Virus record (IMG/VR): IMGVR_UViG_3300015360_000025
Origin: a virus
DNA: 64,000 bases
Direction: 5' to 3' (one strand)
Position numbers and translations under genes: made by a program. Shown here in pieces: positions 55,717 to 64,000 of the stretch (position 1 is its first letter; the number at the start of each line of letters is the position of its first letter). Below the pieces are notes generated by a model that searched no databases, was not told the DNA's origin, and saw only the letters and a program-made list of their open reading frames with translations.

Positions 55717-56574
55717 ATGTCCTTCAGACACAATAAGAAGAGAAATTCCGGGTTGGTATACGAGTTCCTCGTTCGGCGCATGGCGTCGACGATGGTCGAC
55801 CGTGATCCGGAGGGATACCTCAAGGCGGTCGGTATCGTCAAGAAGTATTTCTCGTATGGTCAGCCTTTGGCGGAAGAGAAGGAGATCTTTGACGTCATCT
55901 CCGCTTCACGTGGTCTTGCCGAACCGGCCGCTCGTCGAGTTCTGAGCCAGCTGGAAAATCACGCACGTGCCCTCGATTCTAAGAAGATCGAGATCAAGAA
56001 GAGCAATCTGATCAAGGACGTACACTACAAGTTTGGACAGGACTTCTTCTCTGTGCACCGGGTTCCAGAGTATCGTCTTCTGGCATCAGTCCAGATGTTG
56101 GTCGAACGGTATCGGCAGGTCGGGGCCAACCTGACTGAAGATGTCCAGAAGATCCAACTCGAGGAAGCTCTCGTAAAGTTCATGACCACCCCAGCCCAAG
56201 ACAAAAGTGCCGGTCCAAACGGACAGAAGGTCGACGGTCTGGTGGCTTCCCTCGCGATGCGGAAGTTCGAGGAGAGGTATTCGGGTGTCCTGAGTGAGTC
56301 CCAAAAGAAGACCATTCGTCGTTTCATGAACTATTCTATGACCGGGAACCGGGAGCAGTTTTCTCGGGAGATGGAAGAGGAACGGCAGGGTCTCATACAG
56401 AAGATTAAGGAGTCACGAGAGTTGAAGTGCTTCTCCGAAGACTCTGTGATGGCCGCACGGCTAGATGAGGCGACAGCCTCTCTCACTGCCCTGACCAATC
56501 TATCCTCAGAGGATTCTGTCCAAGAACTTCTCCTCTACCACAAGCTTGCTTCGGAGATCGATTCAGATGAGTGA
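55717..56574 (+). CDS. Hypothetical helical head-region protein
   Basis: FRHNKKRNSGLVYEFLVR; long ORF with phage-like codon usage after the portal. Confidence 0.7.
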   Translation: MSFRHNKKRNSGLVYEFLVRRMASTMVDRDPEGYLKAVGIVKKYFSYGQPLAEEKEIFDVISASRGLAEPAARRVLSQLENHARALDSKKIEIKKSNLIKDVHYKFGQDFFSVHRVPEYRLLASVQMLVERYRQVGANLTEDVQKIQLEEALVKFMTTPAQDKSAGPNGQKVDGLVASLAMRKFEERYSGVLSESQKKTIRRFMNYSMTGNREQFSREMEEERQGLIQKIKESRELKCFSEDSVMAARLDEATASLTALTNLSSEDSVQELLLYHKLASEIDSDE

Positions 56575-57937
56575 TCCGCGTGACTCAGAACAGAACGAAA
56601 TGGGAGTCACCGGCATTGCCGGTGTCCAGGCTCCCCCGATGAAGGACGACGAGCGTATGGCCGCCGTCCGCGAAATGATCCGAAGCAAGGTAAGGGAGGT
56701 GGTCCGCAAGAAGGCTGGAGGCGGTGGCTATACGCTCTACGCTCCAAACCCAGATAAGAAAGGTGGATCGAAGCCTGTCGGAAATTTCCCGACCAAGATG
56801 GGAGCCAAAAGAGCTGAGCTTGCCCGGTACCCTCCGAAGGATCCAGACAAGTTGAAACGGCTCCGCAAAGACATTGAAAAGACGTCCAAGGATACAAAGA
56901 AGGCCGTTGAGAAGGAAAGGACTGCCGCCAAACAGAAGGGTACCGACAAGGGACCGAAGAAGACGACTCCGAAGAATGATTCTGTCAACGAGGCCGGTTC
57001 TCCGTTTTCTTCGTCTGTTGCCGCTCCCGCCGCACCTTCTACTTCCGCGACCAAGCCTCTCAATCAGGACCCAAAGGCGTTCTTTATGGGTCTCAAGGCG
57101 ATCCCTGCCGACAAGTCAATCGATCGAGCCAACTACATCCAGAACCACCTGAAGGATCCGACCTTCCTCTCCAACGTAAAGAAGACCCCGAACGGCGACC
57201 AGGCCATTAAACAACTCTATTCTTTGGCCAACAAGGCCGCAGCTTTCAAGCCCGGTCAGTCGAAGACGACAGTTCAATCACAGATCCCTGGCATGGCCGA
57301 GGCGACCACAAGGCGCATTGAATTCATGCACCGAAGCGTGTTGTCAAAGATCATCACTCGATCGTTAACCGAGTCATTGTTTCGTGAAGAGAAAACGGAA
57401 AGCGAATGGGATGATTATATCTCGAAGCTTTCCAAGCAGGCACTGGCTGGTGACACAAAGTTCCAGTCGCTGCAGAAGAACATCAGTAAAAAGACCGAAG
57501 GGATCCTGAACGACGCCTTTAACTCGATCAAGAAGGCGGTTGGGAAGGGCATCAAGCTTAAGAGCTTCGGACTTAAGCATGATCCCAATTCCGGGCAGAC
57601 GTACCTAGCTTTTAGCGCTGACTTTGATGGCGTCGCTGTCGAACCAATCTACATTCACATCGAAGGTGGAGTTCCAAGGATCGAGGTATCAACCAATGCC
57701 AAGGTCGCCCTGACAAAGACGGATCCTGACGATGGCAAACTGTTCCGGGCAGAGCTGGTGACGGTACAGGAACGAGTGTTGGACGATATGGACGTCCTCT
57801 CCAAGGCGATCCAGAACCGTGACAAGTACCTTTCCAAGTTGGAAAGCGAGGTCGACGGATACGTAGCTAGCCTGGCACCACTCCAAATTTCGCTGCTCAA
57901 ACAATTACTGGTGAAGAAGTATAGGAAGATCACATGA
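56567..57937 (+). CDS. Hypothetical head-region protein (Lys-rich N-terminus, multi-domain)
   Basis: Start trimmed to ATG 56567 (SD GGAG); low-complexity linkers with VNE/LTE motifs. Confidence 0.65.
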   Translation: MSDPRDSEQNEMGVTGIAGVQAPPMKDDERMAAVREMIRSKVREVVRKKAGGGGYTLYAPNPDKKGGSKPVGNFPTKMGAKRAELARYPPKDPDKLKRLRKDIEKTSKDTKKAVEKERTAAKQKGTDKGPKKTTPKNDSVNEAGSPFSSSVAAPAAPSTSATKPLNQDPKAFFMGLKAIPADKSIDRANYIQNHLKDPTFLSNVKKTPNGDQAIKQLYSLANKAAAFKPGQSKTTVQSQIPGMAEATTRRIEFMHRSVLSKIITRSLTESLFREEKTESEWDDYISKLSKQALAGDTKFQSLQKNISKKTEGILNDAFNSIKKAVGKGIKLKSFGLKHDPNSGQTYLAFSADFDGVAVEPIYIHIEGGVPRIEVSTNAKVALTKTDPDDGKLFRAELVTVQERVLDDMDVLSKAIQNRDKYLSKLESEVDGYVASLAPLQISLLKQLLVKKYRKIT

Positions 57938-58278
57938 ACATCTGGGAGAAGCTCCAGAGAATGATAGAGGCTCCACCACCGGCAACGATGGGGAGCTCTG
58001 ACTCCATGATGACTGGTCCCACGTCCCAGTCCACAGGAATGGCCACCAGGGCATCTGCCGCGGGACGGAAGAACATCCAGTTGCTGAACGTTGAGCTGGA
58101 CGCGCTGATCAAGGAGCTAGAAAGTCCGAAGACCGCGCTCATCAACGGGGTTGACATGAAGAAACTGGGAGACAAGCTCTACCAGATGAAGGTCAAGCAG
58201 GAATCTATGGGAAGTGGGAACAGCACTTCGCATGGTGATGGGGCTGAGGACGAATCGGAAGTTGAGGAGGTCTACTGA
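57934..58278 (+). CDS. Hypothetical head-region protein
   Basis: ATGA-coupled ORF. Confidence 0.55.
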   Translation: MNIWEKLQRMIEAPPPATMGSSDSMMTGPTSQSTGMATRASAAGRKNIQLLNVELDALIKELESPKTALINGVDMKKLGDKLYQMKVKQESMGSGNSTSHGDGAEDESEVEEVY

Positions 58279-58279
58279 A

Positions 58280-58876
58280 ATGCAGAAGAAACAACTCTTG
58301 AGGGAATGGATCGCCCTCGACTACAACCCCAAGCTGATTAAGGAGGACCGTGAGAAGAACGGCGGCAAGCTCATCCTCCAGGGGATCATCCAGAAGGCCG
58401 ATACCAAGAATCAGAACAAGCGGATCTACCCGCACGATGTCCTGGCCAGGGAGATCGAGAACTACCAGAAGGCTGTTCGGGAGAACCGCGCAGTCGGTGA
58501 GCTCGACCATCCTGAGACGTCGTCCGTTTCTCTGAAGAACGTCTCTCACATCATCCGAGAAATGATGTGGGATGGACAAAACGTGATCGGCCGCGTCGAG
58601 GTACTTCCTACGCCACAGGGGAAGGTGCTTGAGAGCCTGCTCGAGGCCGGTGTGACCATCGGGATCTCCAGCCGTGGGGTAGGATCCACCGAGAAGACCA
58701 ACGAAGGTCTAGACATGGTGCAACCTGACTACCAGATCATCTGCTTCGACATCGTCTCCGAACCGTCGACCCCGGGCGCGTACCTGATGCCCGAGAGCCG
58801 GCAGTACACAGATGCTGTCAGGTTCTCCAAGGAAGATAGGATCTTCAGGGCTCTCAACGATATCGTCAGGAAGTGA
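58280..58876 (+). CDS. gp21: Prohead core protease (T4 gp21-like, peptidase S77-type)
   Basis: LQGIIQKAD.KNQNKRIYP, GELDHP, VSHII, LPTPQG, GISSRGVGS, FDIVSEPSTPGA. Start trimmed to 58280. Confidence 0.95.
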   Translation: MQKKQLLREWIALDYNPKLIKEDREKNGGKLILQGIIQKADTKNQNKRIYPHDVLAREIENYQKAVRENRAVGELDHPETSSVSLKNVSHIIREMMWDGQNVIGRVEVLPTPQGKVLESLLEAGVTIGISSRGVGSTEKTNEGLDMVQPDYQIICFDIVSEPSTPGAYLMPESRQYTDAVRFSKEDRIFRALNDIVRK

Positions 58877-58883
58877 TGACAAC

Positions 58884-59111
58884 ATGATTTCTCTTAAAGA
58901 TCTCTTTTTGATTAAAGAAACTTCACCAGAGAAGCAAGATGCGTACGCACAGGCCACGGCACCTCAAAACGTGAAGTTTTCGATGTCTTCTCCTGAAGCT
59001 GAAAAACTTCATCAAGCATTAGCAGATCTTCGTAGGACTACACCCAATGATCATTTTTTGAATGCCATATTTTTTCGCTTAGACAGGTTGTTGAAGAGTG
59101 GAATTAAATGA
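58884..59111 (+). CDS. Small hypothetical protein (AT-rich)
   Basis: MISLKDLFLIKE...; coupled to the next gene by an ATGA overlap. Confidence 0.5.
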   Translation: MISLKDLFLIKETSPEKQDAYAQATAPQNVKFSMSSPEAEKLHQALADLRRTTPNDHFLNAIFFRLDRLLKSGIK

Positions 59112-59665
59112 GAGTTGATGCCAAGGCACTCTTTGAGGTAGTACGTCAGGTCGTCCAGGACGAGATCCGTAAGTCTCTTCCTGGGATGGTCCGTCAACAC
59201 CTCACCGAGAGCTACATGAAGAAGTTGGTTCAAGAACAGATCCAGCCCATCCAGAAGCCCGCAGTCCGTCGGCAACCGACCATGACTGAACTCCTAATGA
59301 CTCCAAAGGGCGACGAGGAGCTTGAGGAGATTCCGGAACCGTTGTCGAATGCTGATCAGGGGATCTACGACAAAGGCATGCCTGGATTGAAGAAGGACGA
59401 AGTTGTCTCTAAGCTTCTGTCCAAGAATAATCCTCTCGCCTACGTATTCGAGGGAGTGAAGCCAATTCCTAGTGAAGACGACGCTTCTGCTGGCGCCCCT
59501 CCGTCGATTCCTCTGGAGAAGGTAGGATTCGACTTCAGTGGGATGAACAAGTTAGTCGCCGGTATGGAGAGACGAGCTTCACAGCAGGGAGAAACGTCTA
59601 CTGCTGAGATGAAGATGAGAGAGTTGGAAGCGAAGCGGAAGGCACTCGAGGTAAAGGTAGGATGA
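59108..59665 (+). CDS. Hypothetical head-region protein
   Basis: Coupled ORF; helical N-terminus VRQVVQDEIRKSL...LTESY. Confidence 0.6.
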   Translation: MRVDAKALFEVVRQVVQDEIRKSLPGMVRQHLTESYMKKLVQEQIQPIQKPAVRRQPTMTELLMTPKGDEELEEIPEPLSNADQGIYDKGMPGLKKDEVVSKLLSKNNPLAYVFEGVKPIPSEDDASAGAPPSIPLEKVGFDFSGMNKLVAGMERRASQQGETSTAEMKMRELEAKRKALEVKVG

Positions 59666-60396
59666 AAGTTCGCACGATCTTCGAACGACTGGAGGAGTAC
59701 GATCGACTTGGGTTCGCCGGACACCCCGATGCATCAGGAATCCGAGGTCAGGGTCCCAATCGTCAGCCATACTCTAGGCTTCAGAATTTCCCGTACGATC
59801 GTGATGACCAGTACGGAGAACCACGGGTGTACGATCGTGGCAGCTCTGCCGCGTTCGGTCTCCACCGTCCGTTGACCCCACACGACGACGAACACTTTTC
59901 TCTGTCTCTCCTCGATCTGGAAGAGATCTTTAATGAGATCGGCAGTGGCAACAGTCCCTCCAGCCCCTCCAAGGGGAATTCTAGCAACCTGGGCAGTGCC
60001 ATCCCAGGTATGGGCGGGAGTTGGGCGGTGAACCCTCCGAGGGACTGGGACAGTGCTCCTGAGATCACGGACGGTCCTCCGTCTGACGAGGACGAGATCC
60101 CAATGACTCCACTTCCTCCTCCAGTTGAACCTGTGACCGGGATGTTGCCAGACTACCGATCTGAGACGGACGAAGATCTGGAGAACAGGCTCAATCGGAT
60201 CTACGGTCGTGAGGACAATGAAGACTTCGTCCAGAGACAGGCTTTTGCCAATCCTGACTTTCATGCTCTGCAACGTGATCCGTTCTCCGTTGTTAACAAG
60301 AACTTTGTTGATCGCGGGCTGTACGGTCTCCTTTCTAAGGAGTCCGCGTGGGATCGGGTGACTTCAATGTCCAGGAAGAAGAGAGAGAATTCCTAA
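59662..60396 (+). CDS. Acidic, Pro/Ser-rich hypothetical protein
   Basis: Coupled ORF; likely disordered. Confidence 0.55.
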   Translation: MKVRTIFERLEEYDRLGFAGHPDASGIRGQGPNRQPYSRLQNFPYDRDDQYGEPRVYDRGSSAAFGLHRPLTPHDDEHFSLSLLDLEEIFNEIGSGNSPSSPSKGNSSNLGSAIPGMGGSWAVNPPRDWDSAPEITDGPPSDEDEIPMTPLPPPVEPVTGMLPDYRSETDEDLENRLNRIYGREDNEDFVQRQAFANPDFHALQRDPFSVVNKNFVDRGLYGLLSKESAWDRVTSMSRKKRENS

Positions 60397-60411
60397 GAAC
60401 CAAGCAAAGAA

Positions 60412-60429
60412 ACTAGTCACCTCTATTTA
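60412..60429 (+). promoter_or_regulatory. Extended promoter-like element ACTAGTCACCTCTATTTA
   Basis: Near-identical to 51532-51549; followed by SD GGAGAGG and ATG 60445. Confidence 0.6.
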
Positions 60430-60444
60430 TCGGAGAGGAAGAAG

Positions 60445-60888
60445 ATGAAAGCTACCCTTGCAGAAATCAGAACAATCGTCTCCGAAGTCTTGACGGAAGT
60501 CAAGAAGAAGAAGGAGAAGTCAGACAAGGCCAAGAAGGAGGTGCACCCGGCCGCGTATTCCTATGACGAAGCTTTCGACTTCTCCGCTCCACTTGGAGCG
60601 TATAACCTATACCGGAACCAGGGTGCAGTGAACTGGGGACCGATGACGAGTGCTGGCACCAAGATCGATGACAGGATCGCGGGTGGTCGGGCCGAGACTG
60701 AATCGATACTCCGCTCCTTTATCAAGGAAGCGATCCGCGACGAAGTCAATGAGGACACGTCTTCTTGGCACCGTCTTTCCGAGATGATTGATCCTCCAGC
60801 TAAGCATTTCGGCAACGTCTGGGAAGCTGCCGCCCACTGGTACGATTTTCAGAACCGCGGCCTTGGGAAGGCAAAGGCCAAGAAGTGA
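60445..60888 (+). CDS. Hypothetical head-region protein
   Basis: MKATLAEIRTIVSEVLTEV..., FIKEAIRDEVNED. Confidence 0.6.
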   Translation: MKATLAEIRTIVSEVLTEVKKKKEKSDKAKKEVHPAAYSYDEAFDFSAPLGAYNLYRNQGAVNWGPMTSAGTKIDDRIAGGRAETESILRSFIKEAIRDEVNEDTSSWHRLSEMIDPPAKHFGNVWEAAAHWYDFQNRGLGKAKAKK

Positions 60889-61124
60889 ACGCCAACAAGC
60901 TCAACAAGAATCCTCGTAAGGATAGTTTGTCAGTCTCGGCTTCCCCAGAAGAAAAGGTAGAGCAAATGATCCGCCGTTTCATCAAGAATGTCCGGAACAG
61001 CGGGTTGGTCCAAGAGTTACTGGAACGTAGGGCGTACGATAAGCCCTCTATCCGAAAGAAGAAGAAGGCCATCAAGGCGAAGTTTGCTAGGCTTAGTGAA
61101 GAAAAAGAAAAACGAAATCTTTGA
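60885..61124 (+). CDS. rpsU: Ribosomal protein bS21 homolog
   Basis: EKVEQMIRRFIKNVRNSGLVQELLERRAYDKPSIRKKKK matches the bS21 pattern (E.xx.ALRRFKR...G++.E+..R..YEKPS..+K). Confidence 0.85.
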   Translation: MNANKLNKNPRKDSLSVSASPEEKVEQMIRRFIKNVRNSGLVQELLERRAYDKPSIRKKKKAIKAKFARLSEEKEKRNL

Positions 61125-61151
61125 GAAGTGGTCGAAAATTTTTCCTTCATT

Positions 61152-61157
61152 TACTTA
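61152..61157 (+). promoter_or_regulatory. Putative late promoter motif TACTTA
   Basis: Intergenic, upstream of the scaffold/capsid genes. Confidence 0.5.
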
Positions 61158-61188
61158 GAGGTAGATTCAATCGTTCAGGGAGAATCAA

Positions 61189-62400
61189 ATGTCCGTGAAG
61201 AAAGAAGGCAGAGATTTGGTGAGTGAAGCGGTAAACGACGCCAAGGCGTTGCGGAATGCCGCCCTTGCTGCTGCCAAGAATGAGCTGGTCGAGTCGATGA
61301 CTCCGGGCCTCAAAGCTCTTCTGGAAAAAAGCATTAAAGGAGTCCTCGCAAAGAATGAGGACACCGACAGGATTCGACGTGGAATCCAGGACAACTGGCC
61401 CGGAGAGAGCCACACCGGCTTCGAAGAAGCCAAAGAAAAAGGAGATCCCCAGATGGATAAGGTACCCCCGCAGGACGACCAGGAACTCGATCTCGAGTCC
61501 CTTGCTAGCTTCTTCCCCGCGATGAGCGAGATGCCTGAAGAGGATCCGATGGCTCTCGCCCCGAAGGTCGATGAAGACCCTTCGATGCAGATGGGACAGA
61601 TTCCTACTCTCGGTATGCCGGGAATGGGGATGGGCGGAATGCCTGAAGCAATCGCTCCTGAAGGTGAAGAGGGCGAGGAAGAGATGAAGGTCGAAGGCAA
61701 GAAGAAGAAGGACAAGGACGAAGACGACAAGGAGAAGGATACCATGGACGAGGAGATCGAGATCTCTGAGGCGGAACTCAAGAAGGTCTACGAGGCTGCT
61801 CTTCAGACTGAAGCACAGGTCACCAAGGGATTCGGTGAGATGACCAAGGCAGGGGAGCTCGACGACGTCGCGAAGGATGTCGACAAGGGCCTCGCCGATG
61901 TCAAGAAGGGCGAGCATGAGTGGGCGAAGGAGACCCCTCCCGCTGCCCAGGACTTCACTGTCAAGGAGATGCGTGCCCTCATCGGCAAGGGTCTCACTGA
62001 GAACAAGTCCCTCCGCGAAAATCTGAAGAAGGCCGTCGGCTTGATCCGTCACCTTGGAGCTCGCCTCCATGAGGTGAACCTCTTCAATGCCAAGGTCCTC
62101 CATGTCAACCGCATCCTGAACACCAACGGGCGGCTGACCAAGGAACAGAAGAAGGTCGTCCTCGAGTCCATCGATCGGGCCAAGTCCATCGATGAGGTCA
62201 AGACGGTCTACGAAGTCATCAACAACTCTTTCGCGGTTGCGACCCAACTTTCCGAGGACAAGTCTCGGAAGCCTGTCGCGAACGCACAACGGCCGCGCAC
62301 CTCTGGTGCAGCGGACCAAAAAGTCCTCAGAGAATCTGTGGATCGTCAAACCAACGATGGCTTCGGGCGGCTTCAGCAGCTGGCCGGGCTGATCAAGTAA
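61189..62400 (+). CDS. Prohead scaffolding/core protein (gp22-like)
   Basis: Acidic and helical; EAVNDAKALRNAALAAAKNELVESMTP and LHEVNLFNAKVLHVNRIL...QKKVVLESIDRA; lies between protease and capsid genes. Confidence 0.75.
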   Translation: MSVKKEGRDLVSEAVNDAKALRNAALAAAKNELVESMTPGLKALLEKSIKGVLAKNEDTDRIRRGIQDNWPGESHTGFEEAKEKGDPQMDKVPPQDDQELDLESLASFFPAMSEMPEEDPMALAPKVDEDPSMQMGQIPTLGMPGMGMGGMPEAIAPEGEEGEEEMKVEGKKKKDKDEDDKEKDTMDEEIEISEAELKKVYEAALQTEAQVTKGFGEMTKAGELDDVAKDVDKGLADVKKGEHEWAKETPPAAQDFTVKEMRALIGKGLTENKSLRENLKKAVGLIRHLGARLHEVNLFNAKVLHVNRILNTNGRLTKEQKKVVLESIDRAKSIDEVKTVYEVINNSFAVATQLSEDKSRKPVANAQRPRTSGAADQKVLRESVDRQTNDGFGRLQQLAGLIK

Positions 62401-62431
62401 GGCGTCCACCAGGACAACAGGAGAAAATCAA

Positions 62432-64000
62432 ATGGATCTGAAGTCACTCACGGAAGGCATGCACCAAATCGACCGCCAGAAGGAAACTGTGGCGCTCGTT
62501 GAGAAGTGGGACCGCACCGGCCTCCTCAAGGGGTTGAACGACAACCCGACCAACAAGCTGAAGAGCAACATGGCTCGGCTGTTGGAGAACCAGGCTGGGC
62601 AGCTCCTCAGGGAGTCCAGCCAGGTCGCTGACATCGCTGGTTTCCAGAATGTCGCGTTCCCGATCGTCCGTCGCGTGTTCGCTGGTCTCATCGCCAACGA
62701 GCTCGTCTCTGTCCAGCCGATGAGCTTGCCTTCAGGCCTGCTCTTCTACATGGACTACCGGTACGACTCGGTCAAGGCTGGTAACAAGTCGAAGTCGTTC
62801 GCCGCGGGCGGATCGCTCTTCGGCGACCAGAACTCGCTCCAGGATGCACAGGGCGCAGGCTCGCTCTACAACCTGGCCACCTCGTTCTCACAGCGTGAGA
62901 AGATCGCGACCGGTTCGTTCTCCGGCTCGCTGTCGACCCCGACGCTCGCCGAGATCGGATATGACCCCGACCTCTCAGGCACCCTGGCTGCAGGCCTCGT
63001 CCAGAAGCTGACCCTCGCGGGCGCGTTCTTGGCAATCTCCTCGTCTCCGGAGTCTGTTGGTGACGTGGCGTCGGTCAAGCAGTGGGTGGCGGCCTCCGGC
63101 TCGTCTGTCGTGGCTTCCTCGACCACGGACGGTACCCCCGTTCGCCTCGGTCTTAGCACGATCGTTCGTCGGCACACCAAGATCAGCGGCAACGATCTGT
63201 TGTTCATCCTCGACAACACGGACGGCGCCCCGACCGGTCTCGAAGCAGTCAAGGTCTCCTACCTGGTCGGCTCCAAGCTGCTCGGTGGAACCTCCGGTAC
63301 CCTCACGATGCCTGAGTGGGAATCGGACCTGGGCGCGAGCCCGATGCCGGTCATCCCGGAACTCGATCTTCGGATCCAGTCCGTGGCCGTCACCGCCTCG
63401 AGCCGCAAGCTGCGCGCGAAGTGGACCCCAGAGCTTGCTCAGGACCTCGCGGCCTACCAGAACCTGGACGCCGAAGTTGAGCTCACCCAGGTCCTCTCCG
63501 AGGCCATCGCCCTCGAGATCGATCGTGAGATCCTAGCCGAGCTGCTCTACCGTGCAACGGGAGCGAACGAGTTCTGGAGCCGCAAGCCAGGCAAGTTCCT
63601 CAACAAGTTCACTGGCGACACCGCAACCGGCGCATCGTTCACCGGTACGGTCCGCGAGTGGTACGAGACCCTGATCGAGACGATCATCGACGTCGCCAAC
63701 CAGATCCACCGCAAGACTCTGCGTGGAGCTGCCAACTTCATCGTCACGTCACCCGACGTGGCGACCGTCCTCGAAGCATCGGTGTTGTACAAGCCGGTTC
63801 TCTCGATGGACCCGAAGGAGACCATGTTCTCCGTCGGAACTGAGAAGGTCGGCACGCTGAACAGCCGGTTCACGGTCTACAAGGACCCGTACTTCCCCAG
63901 GAACAAGATCCTGGTCGGGTACAAGGGATCGAGCTTCCTAGAGACCGGGTTCGTGTACGCCCCGTACGTCCCGCTGATCGTCACCCCGACCATCTACGCT
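62432..64000 (+). CDS. gp23: Major capsid protein (T4 gp23-like), truncated by the window edge
   Basis: Not in the ORF track. Hand translation from ATG 62432 (SD AGGAG): LVEKWDRTGLLKGL, LLENQA, AFPIVRRVFAGLIANELVSVQPMSLPSGLLFY, SRKLRAKWTPELAQDLAAYQNLDAEVELTQVLSEAIALEIDREI, GAANFIVTSP, YAPYVPL. Confidence 0.97.
   Translation, partial: MDLKSLTEGMHQIDRQKETVALVEKWDRTGLLKGLNDNPTNKLKSNMARLLENQAGQLLRESSQVADIAGFQNVAFPIVRRVFAGLIANELVSVQPMSLPSGLLFYMDYRYDSVKAGNKSKSFAAGGSLFGDQNSLQDAQGAGSLYNLATSFSQREKIATGSFSGSLSTPTLAEIGYDPDLSGTLAAGLVQKLTLAGAFLAISSSPESVGDVASVKQWVAASGSSVVASSTTDGTPVRLGLSTIVRRHTKISGNDLLFILDNTDGAPTGLEAVKVSYLVGSKLLGGTSGTLTMPEWESDLGASPMPVIPELDLRIQSVAVTASSRKLRAKWTPELAQDLAAYQNLDAEVELTQVLSEAIALEIDREILAELLYRATGANEFWSRKPGKFLNKFTGDTATGASFTGTVREWYETLIETIIDVANQIHRKTLRGAANFIVTSPDVATVLEASVLYKPVLSMDPKETMFSVGTEKVGTLNSRFTVYKDPYFPRNKILVGYKGSSFLETGFVYAPYVPLIVTPTIYA

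Noticed and set aside
61147-62409. 420-aa reverse-strand ORF antisense to the scaffold gene
   Set aside because: Shadow ORF produced by GC3-biased codons on the sense strand; no motifs and no SD or promoter context.
1-64000. tRNA, rRNA, CRISPR array, intron or intein
   Set aside because: Intergenic gaps are almost all under 100 bp, with no cloverleaf or repeat-spacer pattern seen. Terminase, portal, primase and capsid have normal lengths with no intein motifs. A tRNAscan/Infernal run would be needed to exclude small RNAs formally.

Overview
This window is a 64 kb, single-strand (+), tightly coupled segment of a large T4-like (myovirus-type) phage genome. It is not bacterial chromosome. It has four blocks. 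(1) 1-14.5 kb: an unusually complete sugar-building and glycosylation locus with GT4, CgeB-like and GT9 glycosyltransferases, a deacetylase, methyltransferases, transaldolase, RpiB, an AraD-like class II epimerase, a cupin, two HldE-type kinases, an HldE-type nucleotidyltransferase, a HAD phosphatase, an NDP-sugar dehydratase and a UDP-sugar dehydrogenase, interrupted by a GIY-YIG/NUMOD3 homing endonuclease. (2) 15-45 kb: a sigma-like factor and a baseplate/tail block (spike, gp25, gp6, gpI/gp7-like, tail fibre plus chaperone, Kelch, P-domain/propeller, FN3-like and LamG proteins). (3) 45-51 kb: RuvC-like resolvase, primase, a single-ORF SbcD-SbcC (gp47-gp46) fusion and membrane proteins. (4) 52-64 kb: head morphogenesis (terminase, portal, prohead protease, scaffold, major capsid running off the window end) with a ribosomal protein bS21 gene embedded. 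Features found by hand and absent from the ORF track: the major capsid gene, several homing-endonuclease remnants reduced to mini-ORFs that bridge stop and start codons of neighbouring genes, and a recurring TA(C/T)TTA motif upstream of operon starts. All assignments come from motif recognition by eye; no database searches were run.
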